Of a stretch of 64,000 nucleotides of DNA, positions 1 through 12,250 are shown piece after piece. The position numbers and the translations under genes are program-made. The stretch is taken from positions 4,278,001 through 4,342,000 of the forward strand of contig OX442314.1 in the NCBI GenBank assembly GCA_949358305.1, read 5' to 3'. Numbering within the stretch: position 1 is the stretch's first letter; each line of letters begins with the position of its first letter. Below the pieces are notes generated by a model. It did no database searches and had not been told where the DNA came from. It worked only from the letters and a program-made list of their open reading frames with translations. This DNA comes from Strigamia acuminata (taxonomy: Eukaryota).

Positions 1-229
1 CGCACGGGTAGGTGCGCACTAGTCTCAAACACCCGGGTTCTGGAGTATATTACCCAGAATCCATCGCGATTACCTCGTGTTCACACAGACTTCCGCTTTT
101 CACAGCTGATCGCTGCATTCGTGCGTGATCCTCGTTTTTAACGTTTTACCGAGTTTTTCACCGAGTTTTTGAGATAGTTTTATCATCCTTTTTAAATCGT
201 GATTGAGATTTTTGTGCGCGCTCCTCGCC

Positions 230-3200
230 ATGGACGAGGAAGAGAACGACGTGCTGGCCATCGAGCACGAGGACGAGGAAAACTGGGACCGCGATGTAAA
301 CCAAGTCCAGCCCGATCAGGTAGAAGTCGGCATCGGCACATGAGAACTAGTTCCGTGCTGCTGAAGAAGAAATTTTGTTGACTAATACCTGACATGAGTG
401 CTTTGCACTCGAAATAGCGTATAATTAATTATTAACCGCGATCGCTCACACGATCGTATTTTTTTTCCTTGTTAATTTGTTTTCGAGGTGCGAGCGCAGA
501 CTTCACGTCGCCTCGCGTCTCGAAAATTCCTCATGACTTGAGTCACGAGCGAGACAATGGGCTCGAGCCATAGATAATTTTATGACAAGGGGAGAATATT
601 CTGTAAAAGAATATTTTTTCTCCACAAGTAATTTGACGCATCAAATTGATGCAACTTAACATTCGTACGATGAATTTTTCGGTGTGTTGGATAAATTTAA
701 TTTGACTTTAACTTTTTTAAAAATTAGACAAAGTCCGACTTCGGAATAATTCTTTATTAGGTTTATTTATTTAATAACATTTCGACAAGCACATTTATTG
801 TGCGATTTTAGTAATAATTTACACCCGACGAATTCTTTTTACGAATGACTGATAATTATTAATTTAATTATTAGTAATGTTCTAATTAATGTTAGAATTA
901 ATTTGAAGTAAAATCTGATGATAAGAATCCAGATTAAAGGCTCGATTCCGTCTCGCTGTGCGTTTTGGACATGAGACAGATTTTTCACGTGATGACTTCT
1001 CTTTTTCTATCCGACGAGGGACAATTCGTCCTACGTTTGCACCGATAGACAGGAATCGGTCTCGACGGACGGCTGCACGTACTGGCAACGTCCCTCGAAA
1101 CCAACCATTTATCTACGTATTTAAATATTAACTTTTTATTAATTGTTTATTTCTCCATCCTTCCAGATGGCACTACGTAAAACATGGGGACCATTAGACC
1201 CCGCTTGCATCACTCGTGGCGGGATATTTCGAGGCGCGCTGCCCGATTTTTACCGACGATGTTTCGGCGAAGACGCCGACCCTTGGCGCCTGCGAATACT
1301 ACATTCCCGATGCATCGCCCGACGTTGGGTACGAGACTGTACGCTCCTGGACACGTTCCCGGAGGGGATGCGCGAAGGCATCGCCACAGAGTTAGCTCGT
1401 GACGAGGACCCGAAATCGCCAATTTTCCACCCCGGATTGTCAAGTCAGTACACTGGCACTCCGGCGGAGGAACACGTGCTGCATGCGTGGCGAGCAGCCG
1501 AGACAGAAGAGGCCCGTGAGGCCATCTATCAGCAGTATAGACAACAGCTGGTGGATACCGCTGCGGCAGTGGCCGAGCGCATCCTCCAAAACGAGGGGAT
1601 GACCGCGGATGATATTCATCTGTGGTTTGAGAGGCTGCGATTGGGAGAGAGTACGCCCCAGTGGAGACCTCGGATGGGAATTTTGACGTCCCAAGCCGAG
1701 ATGTGGCAGCTCCACTACCTGGGGATTTTGGGGCCCAAGAGCAGCTACCCGCGGAAGCGCAAGCGCTCCAAAGGCGCCGGGGACAGCCAGTCGCGTTCCC
1801 CAGCGACAACCAAGAAGCAGCGTGTCGCTCAAAACACGACTGAAGGCAACGAAGCTGGGCCATCCACTAGTACGGTGCGTGACCCTTCGCAGTATTCCCG
1901 ACCGCGAATTTTCATAAACCGTCAGATTAAAGACGGTAAGGAGTGCAAGGAGGTTTGGATGTCTGGTGACGAAGAGCGAGTCTCTCGTCCCAGCACTTCT
2001 AGACGTCCGCTGACTCATCGCGAGCAGCGGAAAAAAGATCGCAAAGAGCGATACTTCGCGAGGTGCGAAGCTCGGGGCCGTCCCATCCCCGAACCCGCCT
2101 ACGTCTCCAAGAGAGCGGGTCGACGAGGTGGTAGCCAGTCAGGTGAGCGAAACGTCCCAGCGGCAGATACGCGGGACCTTCGCGAGATTCTGACTCAGAT
2201 GAAGCGGACGAAACTGACACGTTTCGATCCCGCGATGAAACACGCCAGGAAGATGGGTGTTGTCACCGACGGGAAGGTGACCCCACACGAGGTGGCAAGG
2301 TGGCTCGCAGACTACATTAATTCGCGACCACGACCCGATGGCATGCCAACCGCCATCGTGCAGCCTTCAGGCTCCGGACAACATCTCCCGGCGCTCCAAG
2401 TCGCAATGACTGGAGTGCAGACGACGGAGACGCCACCACCGCCGACGCAGCCAACACCACCGCTGCCGACGCCGACGCTGCCGACCAAGACGCAGCCGCC
2501 TCCGAACCTGCCGCCGCCGTCGTTGTTGAATTCGAGCGATCCGCCGGATTTACCCACCGACCGCTCAGTCCCTCTCCCCGTTGGACAGAGCATTGCGCAG
2601 GAATGTCGAGCCAATTTGACCGGCATTTACAGGCCGAGCCAACCCCGATCCGGTTCCTCGGCCCTGTTTTTCGAGAGGCGAGACGAAGAAGCGCGACTCG
2701 CGAGAGAAGCCGCCAATCCGACTATCTCCGAGCTCTCAGCGTTTCGCTTCGTGATGGAAGACCCAAGAGTCTCCGCGCCCGCCTTGCGAGGTGTGGATCA
2801 GGCCCAGCGATATTTCATCGAATGGGCAACGGCGATGATGAGTAAGCTCTCGTGTGCCTTCACTGCGGATTCGGAGCGATCGAATCCAGTGAATCGTCGC
2901 AGCCTACAGCTATCATTGACCAAGGTCATGATGCAGCTGCTAACCCCAGCACTCTTCGGAGAAGGGCGTCAGGCGATGGCCGCATGGTCTGTCGTGGACA
3001 GAGAGGGTGTACAGGTTCCCCGTGCACTCCTCGCAGAGTGGAGCTCCATTCTGCCCGACCCTGTGTTGACTCGGTACGAGCTAACCAGGGATGTGGTAAA
3101 CCCCGAATTTGAGGGGTACAAGTTGCGAAGCACGGCGTTTCGTTATACCTCCGCCACCTGGACAGCGGCGCCTACCCAACAACTGCGCGCCTTGACCATC

Positions 3201-3932
3201 CAGACGGAAGAATCGGCAGAGGATGTAGAAATGGTGATCTCGCCGACGAGCGGAGTTCCGATTCCGCCACCGATGCCTGCGGAGATATCCCCGCAAGGAC
3301 CCGCCCTGTTCGAAGTGGCGGGTAAACCAAAGCGCTTGCTGTGCCGAACGCCACCCGTCAGGTCCGTCGAGCAAACGAAGCCGACACCGCCCGGGACCTC
3401 ACCGGCCCGAGCGGCGACAACGACGCAAGCCGCTATTCCCGCGGCCACCCAGAAGCCGAAGCCGGCACCGCCTCCGCCAGACTATTACGGGCGAATCATC
3501 GAAGAGTTTCCCCATCTCTCGATGACGACGGCGACCAGGAGGTTTATCCTCGCGCAGCGGGACAAAGGCAAATCAGTCTTCATCTGGCTTCACAACCAGA
3601 TCCGGAAGACTAGAGACCTCATCTTCCACCAGAGGTTGCTGAGAGCCCACCGTGTGCCAGTGACGCCAGCGGAAGCCAATGCCATCCGGCATACGAACAC
3701 CGGCTTCTCCGCCTACATCCCGAGCGTTTGGTTACACGAGAGGACGCGTGCCCCGCATGAGCCAGTTGACGGCCATGCATTATGCTTCATTACGGAGCAT
3801 GAGGACCCCCGAGATCGGTCCTCGGCGTTAGTAGGCGATCTACCCGCGCCACCCGGCACTCAACCGCCTGTCCCTGGAGTGAGTTACGCCCAGGTGACGG
3901 ACTCAGTGTCGGGTCCCCCAGGAAAGAAGTGA
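230..3932 (+). CDS. Spliced ORF of unknown function carried by an LTR element (exon 230-319 joined to 1167-3932, ~951 aa; 921 aa if started at the ATG at 1167)
   Basis: GC-rich 2.77-kb open frame. It is preceded by a polypyrimidine tract plus CAG acceptor (TTTCTCCATCCTTCCAG|ATG, 1166/1167). An upstream GCCATGG at 230 opens 30 codons (MDEEENDVLAIEHEDEENWDRDVNQVQPDQ) ending at CAG|GTAGAA, which joins in phase 0. The protein has basic NLS-like runs (YPRKRKRSK) and Pro-rich tracts, and no gag, pol or env motifs that I recognise. Confidence 0.7.
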
Positions 3933-3957
3933 TCGCTCAGCCCCACGGTCTGAGCTC

Positions 3958-4988
3958 GGAGGGGGAAGTGTTGTGACCCGACTGGACCGGGGTCAACGAA
4001 GAGTTTCTCTCGTGACCTCGTTTCGGGTGTAAGGGGAGCCGCAAGCGCGTCTCCCTTCCCTCAGTGCATTGACATCTAGTCAATGGACAGGCGTCTGCCC
4101 TGAGGGAGTGGGGATGGCTCGTCCACCCCACCATTGGGTGATTCCGGTCACCTGTCAACCCCGCTTTGTGCAACGGAATGTGCCTTGCACTGAGCGGGCA
4201 GAACCAACACAACCATCAAACGAGAAACACACGTAAACCCGTCGTCCTACAAGATCAGGCCCAAGTAAAATATACTGGGATTGACCAAGGACAAAGGACA
4301 ATTTACCGTGAGTACGTTTGGTCAGTGTCAAACTCCGCAGAGTAACCTGCGAGATAAGATTACCACACTATTTTAGCACACCAGCTAGAAATAGTAAAAA
4401 CCACTCCAGTTTAGCGAGTTGTGCAGACAAACGGTCGCACAAGCCTAAACTGCAGTAAAACCACGACGAGCGTTCCCGCCGCTGTGTGACCGCCGGGAGC
4501 CAGAAGAGTCCGCCGCTGTGTGATCGCCGGACACCACACAAAAACCTAGACAACAGCCCGAAGTAAGCCTTTTAACTAAGCATTCACTCGCGCCCGACCA
4601 GCGTGAGCCCGAAGGACCAGCCAGAGACGAGCCGAGGACGCCATATTGCCACGCCGGCCCAAGACGACACCACGTTGCCACAACGAGGACGCCATCTTGG
4701 ACACGACCGAGACAACAGACGACCTCGCCGATTCCAGCCAGCTTTCATCATACCTTTACCTTTCCATTTCCCTTCACCCATTCCGATTTACCTTTTACCT
4801 ACCTTTTATATATATATATATATAAGATATATCTGTACATTGTCCCACAGAATAAATCTATATTATATTTTACCTTTTATATCTGTGTAATCATTTCTTT
4901 GGGTAAACCGCTTGAGCAAAGCGGTAGTGAGTTAGTCGAATTAAGTAATCAACCCACGAGTTAGCGACGGTTAGAGTTGAGCGCGACA
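3958..4988 (+). mobile_element. Polypurine tract plus 3' LTR (~1020 bp) of an LTR retroelement whose 5' part lies upstream of the window
   Basis: GGAGGGGGAAG (3958-3968) is immediately followed by TGTTGTG (3969). The segment ends in CGCGACA (4988), an imperfect inverted repeat of the start. It contains a (TA)n TATA-like run (~4807-4823) and AATAAA (4851), and composition shifts to AT-rich host DNA after 4988. Confidence 0.75.
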
Positions 4989-5262
4989 ATTATTACCGGT
5001 ATATTAAAATATTTTGCTAATTAACACTAGCAGTACAAACCTAAAACAAAAACGCCTTCTCACCAAACCCTGGTCGTTTTTGGCCCAACAAAGATGTGTA
5101 TAAGCGTCCCATTTCATTCAATTATCGTAGTTTAATATTTATTTTGAATCTAATTTCAGTTATTTTGTTATTTTTGGATCAAATAATGGAAATTTCCGAA
5201 TTTTAGTTCAAATTTTGTCGCAATTTGTGATCAAATTTTGTTGAAATTTGACGATTTCAAGA

Positions 5263-6786
5263 AAACAAATTTGACCATTTTTGAACAAATTTGACCATTT
5301 TTGAACAAATTTGACCATTTTTGAACAAATTTGACCATTTTTGAACAAATTTGACCATTTTTGAACAAATTTGACCATTTTTGAACAAATTTGACCATGT
5401 TTGAACAAATTTGACCATGTTTGAACAAATTTGACCATGTTTGAACAAATTTGACCATGTTTGAACAAATTTGACAATTTTTGAACAAATTTGACAATTT
5501 TTGAACAAATTTGACAACTTTTGAACAAATTTGACAATTTCTGAACAAATTTGATAATTTTTGAACAAATTTGACAATTTTTGAACAAATTTGACCATTT
5601 TTGAACAAATTTGACCATTTTTGAACAAATTTGAGAGATGGACTAATCGGCAGCTGTCAATCGTCAGCTGTCAGCTGTCAGCTGGCAGCTGGCAGCTGAC
5701 GAATCGGATTAGCGAGATAATCCCCTAAAAACGCCAAAACTAATCGGCAGCTGTCAGCTGTCAATCGTCAGCTGCCGATTTTTAGCTGTTAGCTGCGCCG
5801 ATTTTCAACCGTCAGCTGCCGATTTTTGGCGGACTAATGCGCCGATTTTCGACCGTCAGCTGCGCTGGTTTTTCACCGGCAGTTGCGCTGGTTTTTCATC
5901 GGCAGCTGCGACGTTTTTAGACCGGCAGCTGCGCTGGTTTTTCAGCGTCAGCTGCGACGTTTTTAGACCGGCAGTTGCGCTGGTTTTTCACCGGCAGCTG
6001 CGCTGGTTTTTCACCGGCAGTTGCGCTGGTTTTTCACCGGCAGCTGCGACGTTTTTAGACCGTCAGCTGCGCTGTTTTTCACCGTCAGCTGCGACGTTTT
6101 TAGACCGGCAGCTGCGCTGGTTTTTCACCGGCAGTTGCGCTGGTTTTTCATCGGCAGCTGCGACGTTTTTAGACCGGCAGCTGCGCTGGTTTTTCTACTT
6201 TTATTTCAATTTTTCCATTATATTTTCACTATAAAATTTATTCTCTCGGTCAAAAACCAGCGCAGCTGCCGGTCTAAAAACGTCGCAGCTGTCGGTGAAA
6301 AACCAGCGCAACTGCCGGTGAAAAACCAGCGCAGCTGCCGGTCTAAAAACGTCGCAGCTGCCGGTGAAAAACAGCGCAGCTGCCGGTCTAAAAACGTCGC
6401 AGCTGCCGGTGAAAAACCAGCGCAGCTGACGATTGACAGCTGACAGCTGCCGATTAGTTTTGGCGTTTTTAGCGGATTAGCGAGATAATCCGATTCGACA
6501 GCTGCCAGCTGCCAGCTGACAGCTGACAGCTGACAGCTGCCGATTAGTCCATCCCCAAATTTGACCATTTTTGAACAAATTTGACCATTTTTGAACAAAT
6601 TTGACCATTTTTGAACAAATTTGACCATTTTTGAACAAATTTGACCATGTTTGAACAAATTTGACCATGTTTGAACAAATTTGACAATTTTTGAACAAAT
6701 TTGACAATTTTTGAACAAATTTGACAATTTTTGAACAAATTTGACAATTTTTGAACAAATTTGACAATTTTTGAACAAATTCGACA
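5263..6786. repeat. 20-bp minisatellite (TTGAACAAATTTGACCATTT), split in two by a MITE
   Basis: About 18 units at 5263-5633 and about 11 units at 6557-6786, with point variants (CAAT/CCAT/CATG). Confidence 0.95.
5634..6556. mobile_element. Non-autonomous DNA transposon (MITE/foldback, hAT- or P-like) with CAGCTG-rich subterminal repeats
   Basis: Long terminal inverted repeats AGAGATGGACTAATCGGCAGCTG... and ...CAGCTGCCGATTAGTCCATCCCC. Both ends are flanked by AAATTTG (7-8 bp TSD), and the internal ~20-bp CAGCTG repeats are inverted between the two arms. Confidence 0.85.
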
Positions 6787-6924
6787 CTTTTAGATAAAAT
6801 TTTGTCAAAATTCTGATTTAATCACTATACATAAAAAAGTATAGTGAATCGAGATATGAACGCAATTTGCTTAAATAAAACATTCGTTAAGAATTTATTT
6901 GTCCAATATTTATTTCAAATTCCA

Positions 6925-8601
6925 TCAATCGTACATGGACTCAATTTCGTCCCTCGGAAAATCACGAAAAACATCGGCCAACATGTGTTTCGGTATCTCG
7001 GAACCGCGCACTTGAATGGTGTAACACGCCGTCTCCACTTTGGCCAGCGACTGCTTCAGCGTGCTCAACTTTCGCGTGATTTCTCGCGGACCTTGGTTGC
7101 CCACGCCTACAAAACCGTCGTAAATATTTCGCAAGAAGCCGCATAATTCGAACGGCATCTTCACTTGATCCACGCTCCCGATCGCGCTGATGCACTTGCG
7201 CATCAATTCGCCCGTCAGATCGGCAATGCCTAAAATGTAATCGGCCGGTTGGATCAGTTCGAGCACTTGGCGCCGCAGCGAATTCGATTCGTCGTTCTCC
7301 ATCGTGTCGTTTTCCTAGGAAGAAAGAAGAAAATATTTACGGTAAAAATTGTTTAGGTGCGGTCAATTTCAAATCGAAAACCCATTCTCTTGATTTTTTC
7401 TCCATTTATTTTTTAGAATTGGTGATTTTTGTATAAATAACAGTGAATCGTTTAAACAACGATCGTTTTATCGTTTAAATAACGATCGTTTTCTTGTAAA
7501 AATCGGCAAGTTGGACAAGAAAATCATCGTTTGGTAGAAAAAAATTGGTAATTTTTAGAAAAAAAATTGGTAATTTTTAGAAAAAAAATTGGTAATTTTT
7601 AGAAAAAAAATTGGTAATTTTTAGAAAAAAAATTGGTAATTTTTAGAAAAAAAATTGGTAATTTTTAGAAAAAAAATTGGTAATTTTTAGAAAAAAATTA
7701 GTAATTTTTAGAAAAAAAATTGGTAATTTTTAGAAAATCCGCTGGGTTCGAATAAGCGCCGGGGTTCAAATAGGTGCGGGGGAAAGGTATGTCCAAGGAA
7801 TCACCTTGTTCAAAGTCAAAATCCCATCCGATAATCAAGTTTTTGTAATTGGTTTCTAACAATTTGAAATTGACGTTAAATCTCAATTCATTCTCCCTAC
7901 GAATATGTTTTTCATTAATTCGTCCGTGATTTTCGGCAGCGACGGCAGAATTTTCTCTTTTTCGTAGAAATAGAACGTGATGGCCTCGACGAACTCTTGG
8001 ATACCCGCAGTGTACGCGCGTGCGTACTGGTACGGACCTTCGTTGACCAATTCCAACGCAATTTGCTTCAAAAGTCCAGACTCCAGTTCCTTTAGTCGTT
8101 TCTCCGCTTCCTGTAACGTCAGTTCCTTGTCTTCTTCCCTATTTCGAATTAAATTAAAATTAATTTTGTGTTTTTCCATTTAATTTTGTGTTTTTTCATT
8201 TAATTTTGTGTTTTTTTAAATTTAATTTCGTGTTTTTTTAAATTATTTTTGTTGATATTTTTTTTTACTTTTTGATCCGGTGAAGCAAAAATATGATTCT
8301 TTTACTCTCGATCGTTACATCGCGACTGCATTTGACCAATCGCTCGTATTTATCATGTTTGGCATCCAGTTCTGATTGATAGGTGAGGAATGATTGAATT
8401 ATCGGCGAATTTGTGTCGTAGTCCTGCGCTGTCATTTCTTCTTGTCCGAAATGTTTTTGTTTCTGACCGCCGCCTCTTCTCTGACCTGTCGAATCAAACG
8501 ATAAAATACTCAAACTAACATATTTAACTCTCTAAAAATACTCAATAAATGTAATTACCCCTGTTTCCATCCCGCGAAAATCGTTTTTCGTGCGAAGACA
8601 T
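6925..8601 (-). CDS. TSNAX: Translin-associated factor X (TRAX); exons 8559-8601, 8269-8485, 7901-8138, 6925-7314; 295 aa
   Basis: Motifs [55 protein letters not shown] and KVETACY-VRGSE are present. GT-AG introns have consistent phases, and the catalytic acidic residues are retained. Confidence 0.95.
7535..7737. repeat. 22-bp intronic minisatellite (TAGAAAAAAAATTGGTAATTTT)
   Basis: About 9 near-identical tandem units in TRAX intron 3. Confidence 0.95.
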
Positions 8602-8808
8602 GACAAAACAACGAGGTAAACAAACGGCGTTATTAAAACGCTTTATGGTTATATGTTCAAATTCGCCACCAGTCGGTGCGCCAAACAAAATTCAGCACGA
8701 TATTCAAATTCCCAAACAATATTTCCAATGTTTTTATTTTAAAAATAAATAAAAAACGCTTTATTAGCAAAGTACAACGTACAAAACACTATTTTTCTTA
8801 TTTGAAAT

Positions 8809-11347
8809 TTATTTAGTCATCCAAACTGGTCTGTAACTATCCTTTCGCATCATAACTCGATCAATTATTGCTCCATTCTAAAAAAAACAAAAAAATTAAA
8901 AAATTAAAATATAAAAATATAATTAATAATACTTTATCATTCGATATCTGTTCCCAAAACAAATTCTTAGCATCGATCACAAACAACCGCGTGAAACCAT
9001 AATCCTCGCTTCTAAAAGCGCTCCAGTCCTTTTTATCAGATTTAAATCCGTTTCGTTGACAAATTGAACCCTAAAACCAACAAATTATTTTTAATAAAAT
9101 CAAATTTATATTAAAATTTATACAAAAATTAATAATTTTACCGCAGCGCCACTAATGACATGGACGGGCGCTTTCGGATTATCATACGGCGCTTCGTAGC
9201 TGCCATTTTGTACGGTCATGTTGAACACGGGCCAAAATCTCTCGTACGAATTCTCGTGCGCCCACAACTCCAAATCGACTCCATATTTGTAGAAAAGCTG
9301 CTCCAATGCGTACTCTCGGATATGTGGTAAGCCCGTACGAATCTGGTAAAATATAAATTGAAAATTGAATCATTTAACTACATCGATCAATATTTACGAC
9401 GCCATCTTGTTTTGTGCAGTCATCCGAATTGTTGTTGGAACAATACATGGGCCGATGTCCCATTGTGATGATCCAGGGTCGTTTACGTCGGTTTTCGTCG
9501 AGATTTGCTCGCTAAATAGAAAAAATGTTGTAAATTGGGAATATTTTTGGTTGGTTGTCAAGTTTTTTCTACTTTGAGGTCTTTGTCCAACCAATTGAAT
9601 TGTTCCACAATTTGCGACCAGCCGAATTCGGTGGAGAAATAAAACTCAGTTGAAAATGAAATGATGTGAGCAGAGCCAATATTCCAACTGTAATGTAAGG
9701 GAGTGGTCGTTTTTTTGTCTTTGTTAGGCATCGAGAACCGGTTTTGGTAGTTTGAAAAATTGCTGCAATCAAAACAAAATGAAATGCCGTAAATATTTAG
9801 ATCAGTAATGAGATGATTCGGTCTGATCCCGTCTTTATTTTTTAGCCATGAAAGCTGCATTTTTATGCACAAAACAGCATTTTTATGCACAAAAACAGCA
9901 TTTTTATGCACAAAAACAGCATTTTTATGCACAAAAACAGCATTTTTATGCACAAAAACCGCATTTTTTTGCACAAAAACAGCATTTTTATGCACAAAAA
10001 CAGCATTTTTATGCACAAAAACAGCATTTTTATGCACAAAAACAGCATTTTTATGCACAAAAACAGCATTTTTATGCACAAAAACAGCATTTTTATGCAC
10101 AAAAACAGCATTTTTATGCACAAAAACAGCATTTTTATGCACAAAAACAGCATTTTTATGCACAAATCAGCATTTTTATGTGCAAAATTGCATTATAAGT
10201 CTCAACACTTTTTTAAGATTTCGTACAGCACATCTAGCAACATTTTCAAACAAAAACTAAATTTTAACCTTTGAGGCATAAAAATTGCACTTCTAGGCAT
10301 AAAAACTAGACTTTTATGCACAGGAACTGGACTTTTATGCACAAAAAATGGACTTTTATGCACAAAAAATGGACTTTTATGCACAAAAAATGGACTTTTA
10401 TGCACAAAAAATGGACTTTTATGCACAAAAAATGGACTTTTATGCACAAAAAATGGACTTTTATACACAAAAAATGGACTTTTATGCACAAAAACTGGAC
10501 TTTTATGTTTTTTTTTTTTCATAATTAATTTCATACTATGCAAGTTCATGATTCCCAACACAAGTCATGTAAGGCACATAGGCGGCTATGGGTTCTATTT
10601 GTCGAAAAAATTCGTCTCCAACTCTCGCATCATTCGAGCTCAAATCAAACGCAAAATCACCTTCAAAAAAAAATGTTTACATTAAAAAAAAAAAAAAAAA
10701 AAAAAATTAAGTTTTAATTTTACCAAGATGCAAAACCGCATTATAAAGTCCGAGCTGAGCCTCTTTTTGAAGCCTGGCCAAGGATTGGGCATTTGCATTT
10801 CCTAAATTGCCAAAAACTGCCAAATTTGGCGTCCAATCTCCATCGGTCCGAATGGCGGTAAAATGATAAACGGCGCTCCAGCCTGCACGACTCCCGCAAC
10901 GATAATCTGTCGAGGATTTTCGATAATATAATTAATGTGGTACATTTATTTGTTTTTTAAATTCAGTTTAATCCATCTTACAATATATTTTCCCCGGTTT
11001 AAGTCCGGTTAATGTGACTCGATGGATAAACACAGACCGGCGCTCAAGCCCGGAATCCATAAAAAGCTGCTCGCTTCCATCGGCCACTTGATTCGGATGC
11101 TTCGATCCGTATTTCACAATGGATTGGTTGGTTTTCATGAATGTAACCCACGTAACTGTCACTTGATTTGGTTTAACTTTAAAAATATAAATGTTAAATT
11201 ATTGTGATCGATAATTCATATTTTTTTTTACAGATGAATTTACGAACTTGCGTATGATAAATGGACCTGTTGCGGCTGCACTTGAATTAATCCATCCACC
11301 GGTACAAAAACGAGCAGCAAATACAGATATGTTGGCACAAACTCCAT
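8809..11347 (-). CDS. ACP7: Acid phosphatase type 7 / purple acid phosphatase-like secreted protein (9 exons) with substituted Fe(III) ligands
   Basis: Signal peptide [19 protein letters not shown], then [92 protein letters not shown] and [11 protein letters not shown]. All exons join in frame through GT-AG introns. Confidence 0.92.
9856..10185. repeat. 21-bp intronic minisatellite (GCATTTTTATGCACAAAAACA)
   Basis: About 15 tandem units in an ACP7 intron. Confidence 0.95.
10309..10507. repeat. 21-bp intronic minisatellite (GGACTTTTATGCACAAAAAAT), related to the preceding array
   Basis: About 9 tandem units sharing the TTTTATGCACAAAAA core. Confidence 0.95.
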
Positions 11348-11973
11348 GATTCCATCACAGGATGATTTCAGTTTCACATAACGGCCGGTTTATTCAATTC
11401 TCAAACGGGAAAATCCCTTTTTTAAATTGGCACCGCGCCATCTTGTATCAAAATACGGCAACGCTTCGTCAACGAAGAAATGGTCTCATTTCGGGAAATG
11501 CGCAGTAATATTATACGATTTTGGTAATAAAAATGGAATATGTTTGTTGAAATTCTTTTCAGATGCTTTCACTTACGTCGAGACGTATTAACGTGTTTTT
11601 TAAAAACTAAAATTCGTCTTTTTGATCACGTGATGGATTTCCGCCAATTAGGACCGAGCAGAATTCCAAACCTTTGTTTCCGGTTCAGTTTCATGGCCGC
11701 TGATTATCCACTGAACCGTGGACCCATTTTCGTCGGACTCGGACTCAAAAGTGATCGCAACAACCGTAAGTTTGCTGTTTCATTTACATTTTAATAGGAA
11801 ATCGTTCCGATAGGCGATAACTCATGATTCAACTTGAAACTTCGGTCAAGTGGGTATTTATTTTCTACACACGTGATGTATTACTGGGGACAATTGATTT
11901 GATTGTGGGTCCGTGATTTGATGTATCATTATGTCTATTATTTATAAAATATTTACAAGGATGGAGAAGTTAG

Positions 11974-12106
11974 AATTCGATTTGTGAGCCTAAAATTCGA
12001 TTTGTGGGCCTAAAATTCGATTTGTGGGCCTAAAAATCGATTTGTGGGCCTAAAAATCGATTTGTGGGTCTAAAAATCGATTTGTGGGCCTAAAATTCGA
12101 TTTGTG
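11974..12106. repeat. 20-bp minisatellite (AAAATTCGATTTGTGGGCCT)
   Basis: About 6.5 tandem units. Confidence 0.9.
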
Positions 12107-12250
12107 AACAGCTAAGGTGGCTAGAACAAATAAAATATAACTTTAGTATGAGAAAAGGAAAAACTAGGTTTGAGACATGATTTCTTCTTGATTTTCTTTG
12201 TGCGAACAAATTCACACAAGAATGTGTCAAGCATTTTAATCGAACATAAT

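Noticed and set aside
1167..3932. Calling the LTR-associated ORF env or gag
   Set aside because: No signal peptide, transmembrane anchor, CCHC knuckle or other recognisable retroviral motif.
1184..4890. Many short overlapping or antisense ORFs in the LTR element
   Set aside because: Expected by-products of a GC-rich coding region and LTR, with no independent support.
5208..6808. Repetitive ORFs (MVKFVQKWSNLFKNGQICSK...) and a CRISPR-like appearance
   Set aside because: These are translations of a 20-bp minisatellite and MITE repeats. There are no unique spacers or cas genes, and the context is eukaryotic.
9848..10561. ORFs such as (HKNAVFV)n and (HKSPFFV)n
   Set aside because: Stop-free 21-bp repeats inside an ACP7 intron, open in several frames on both strands.
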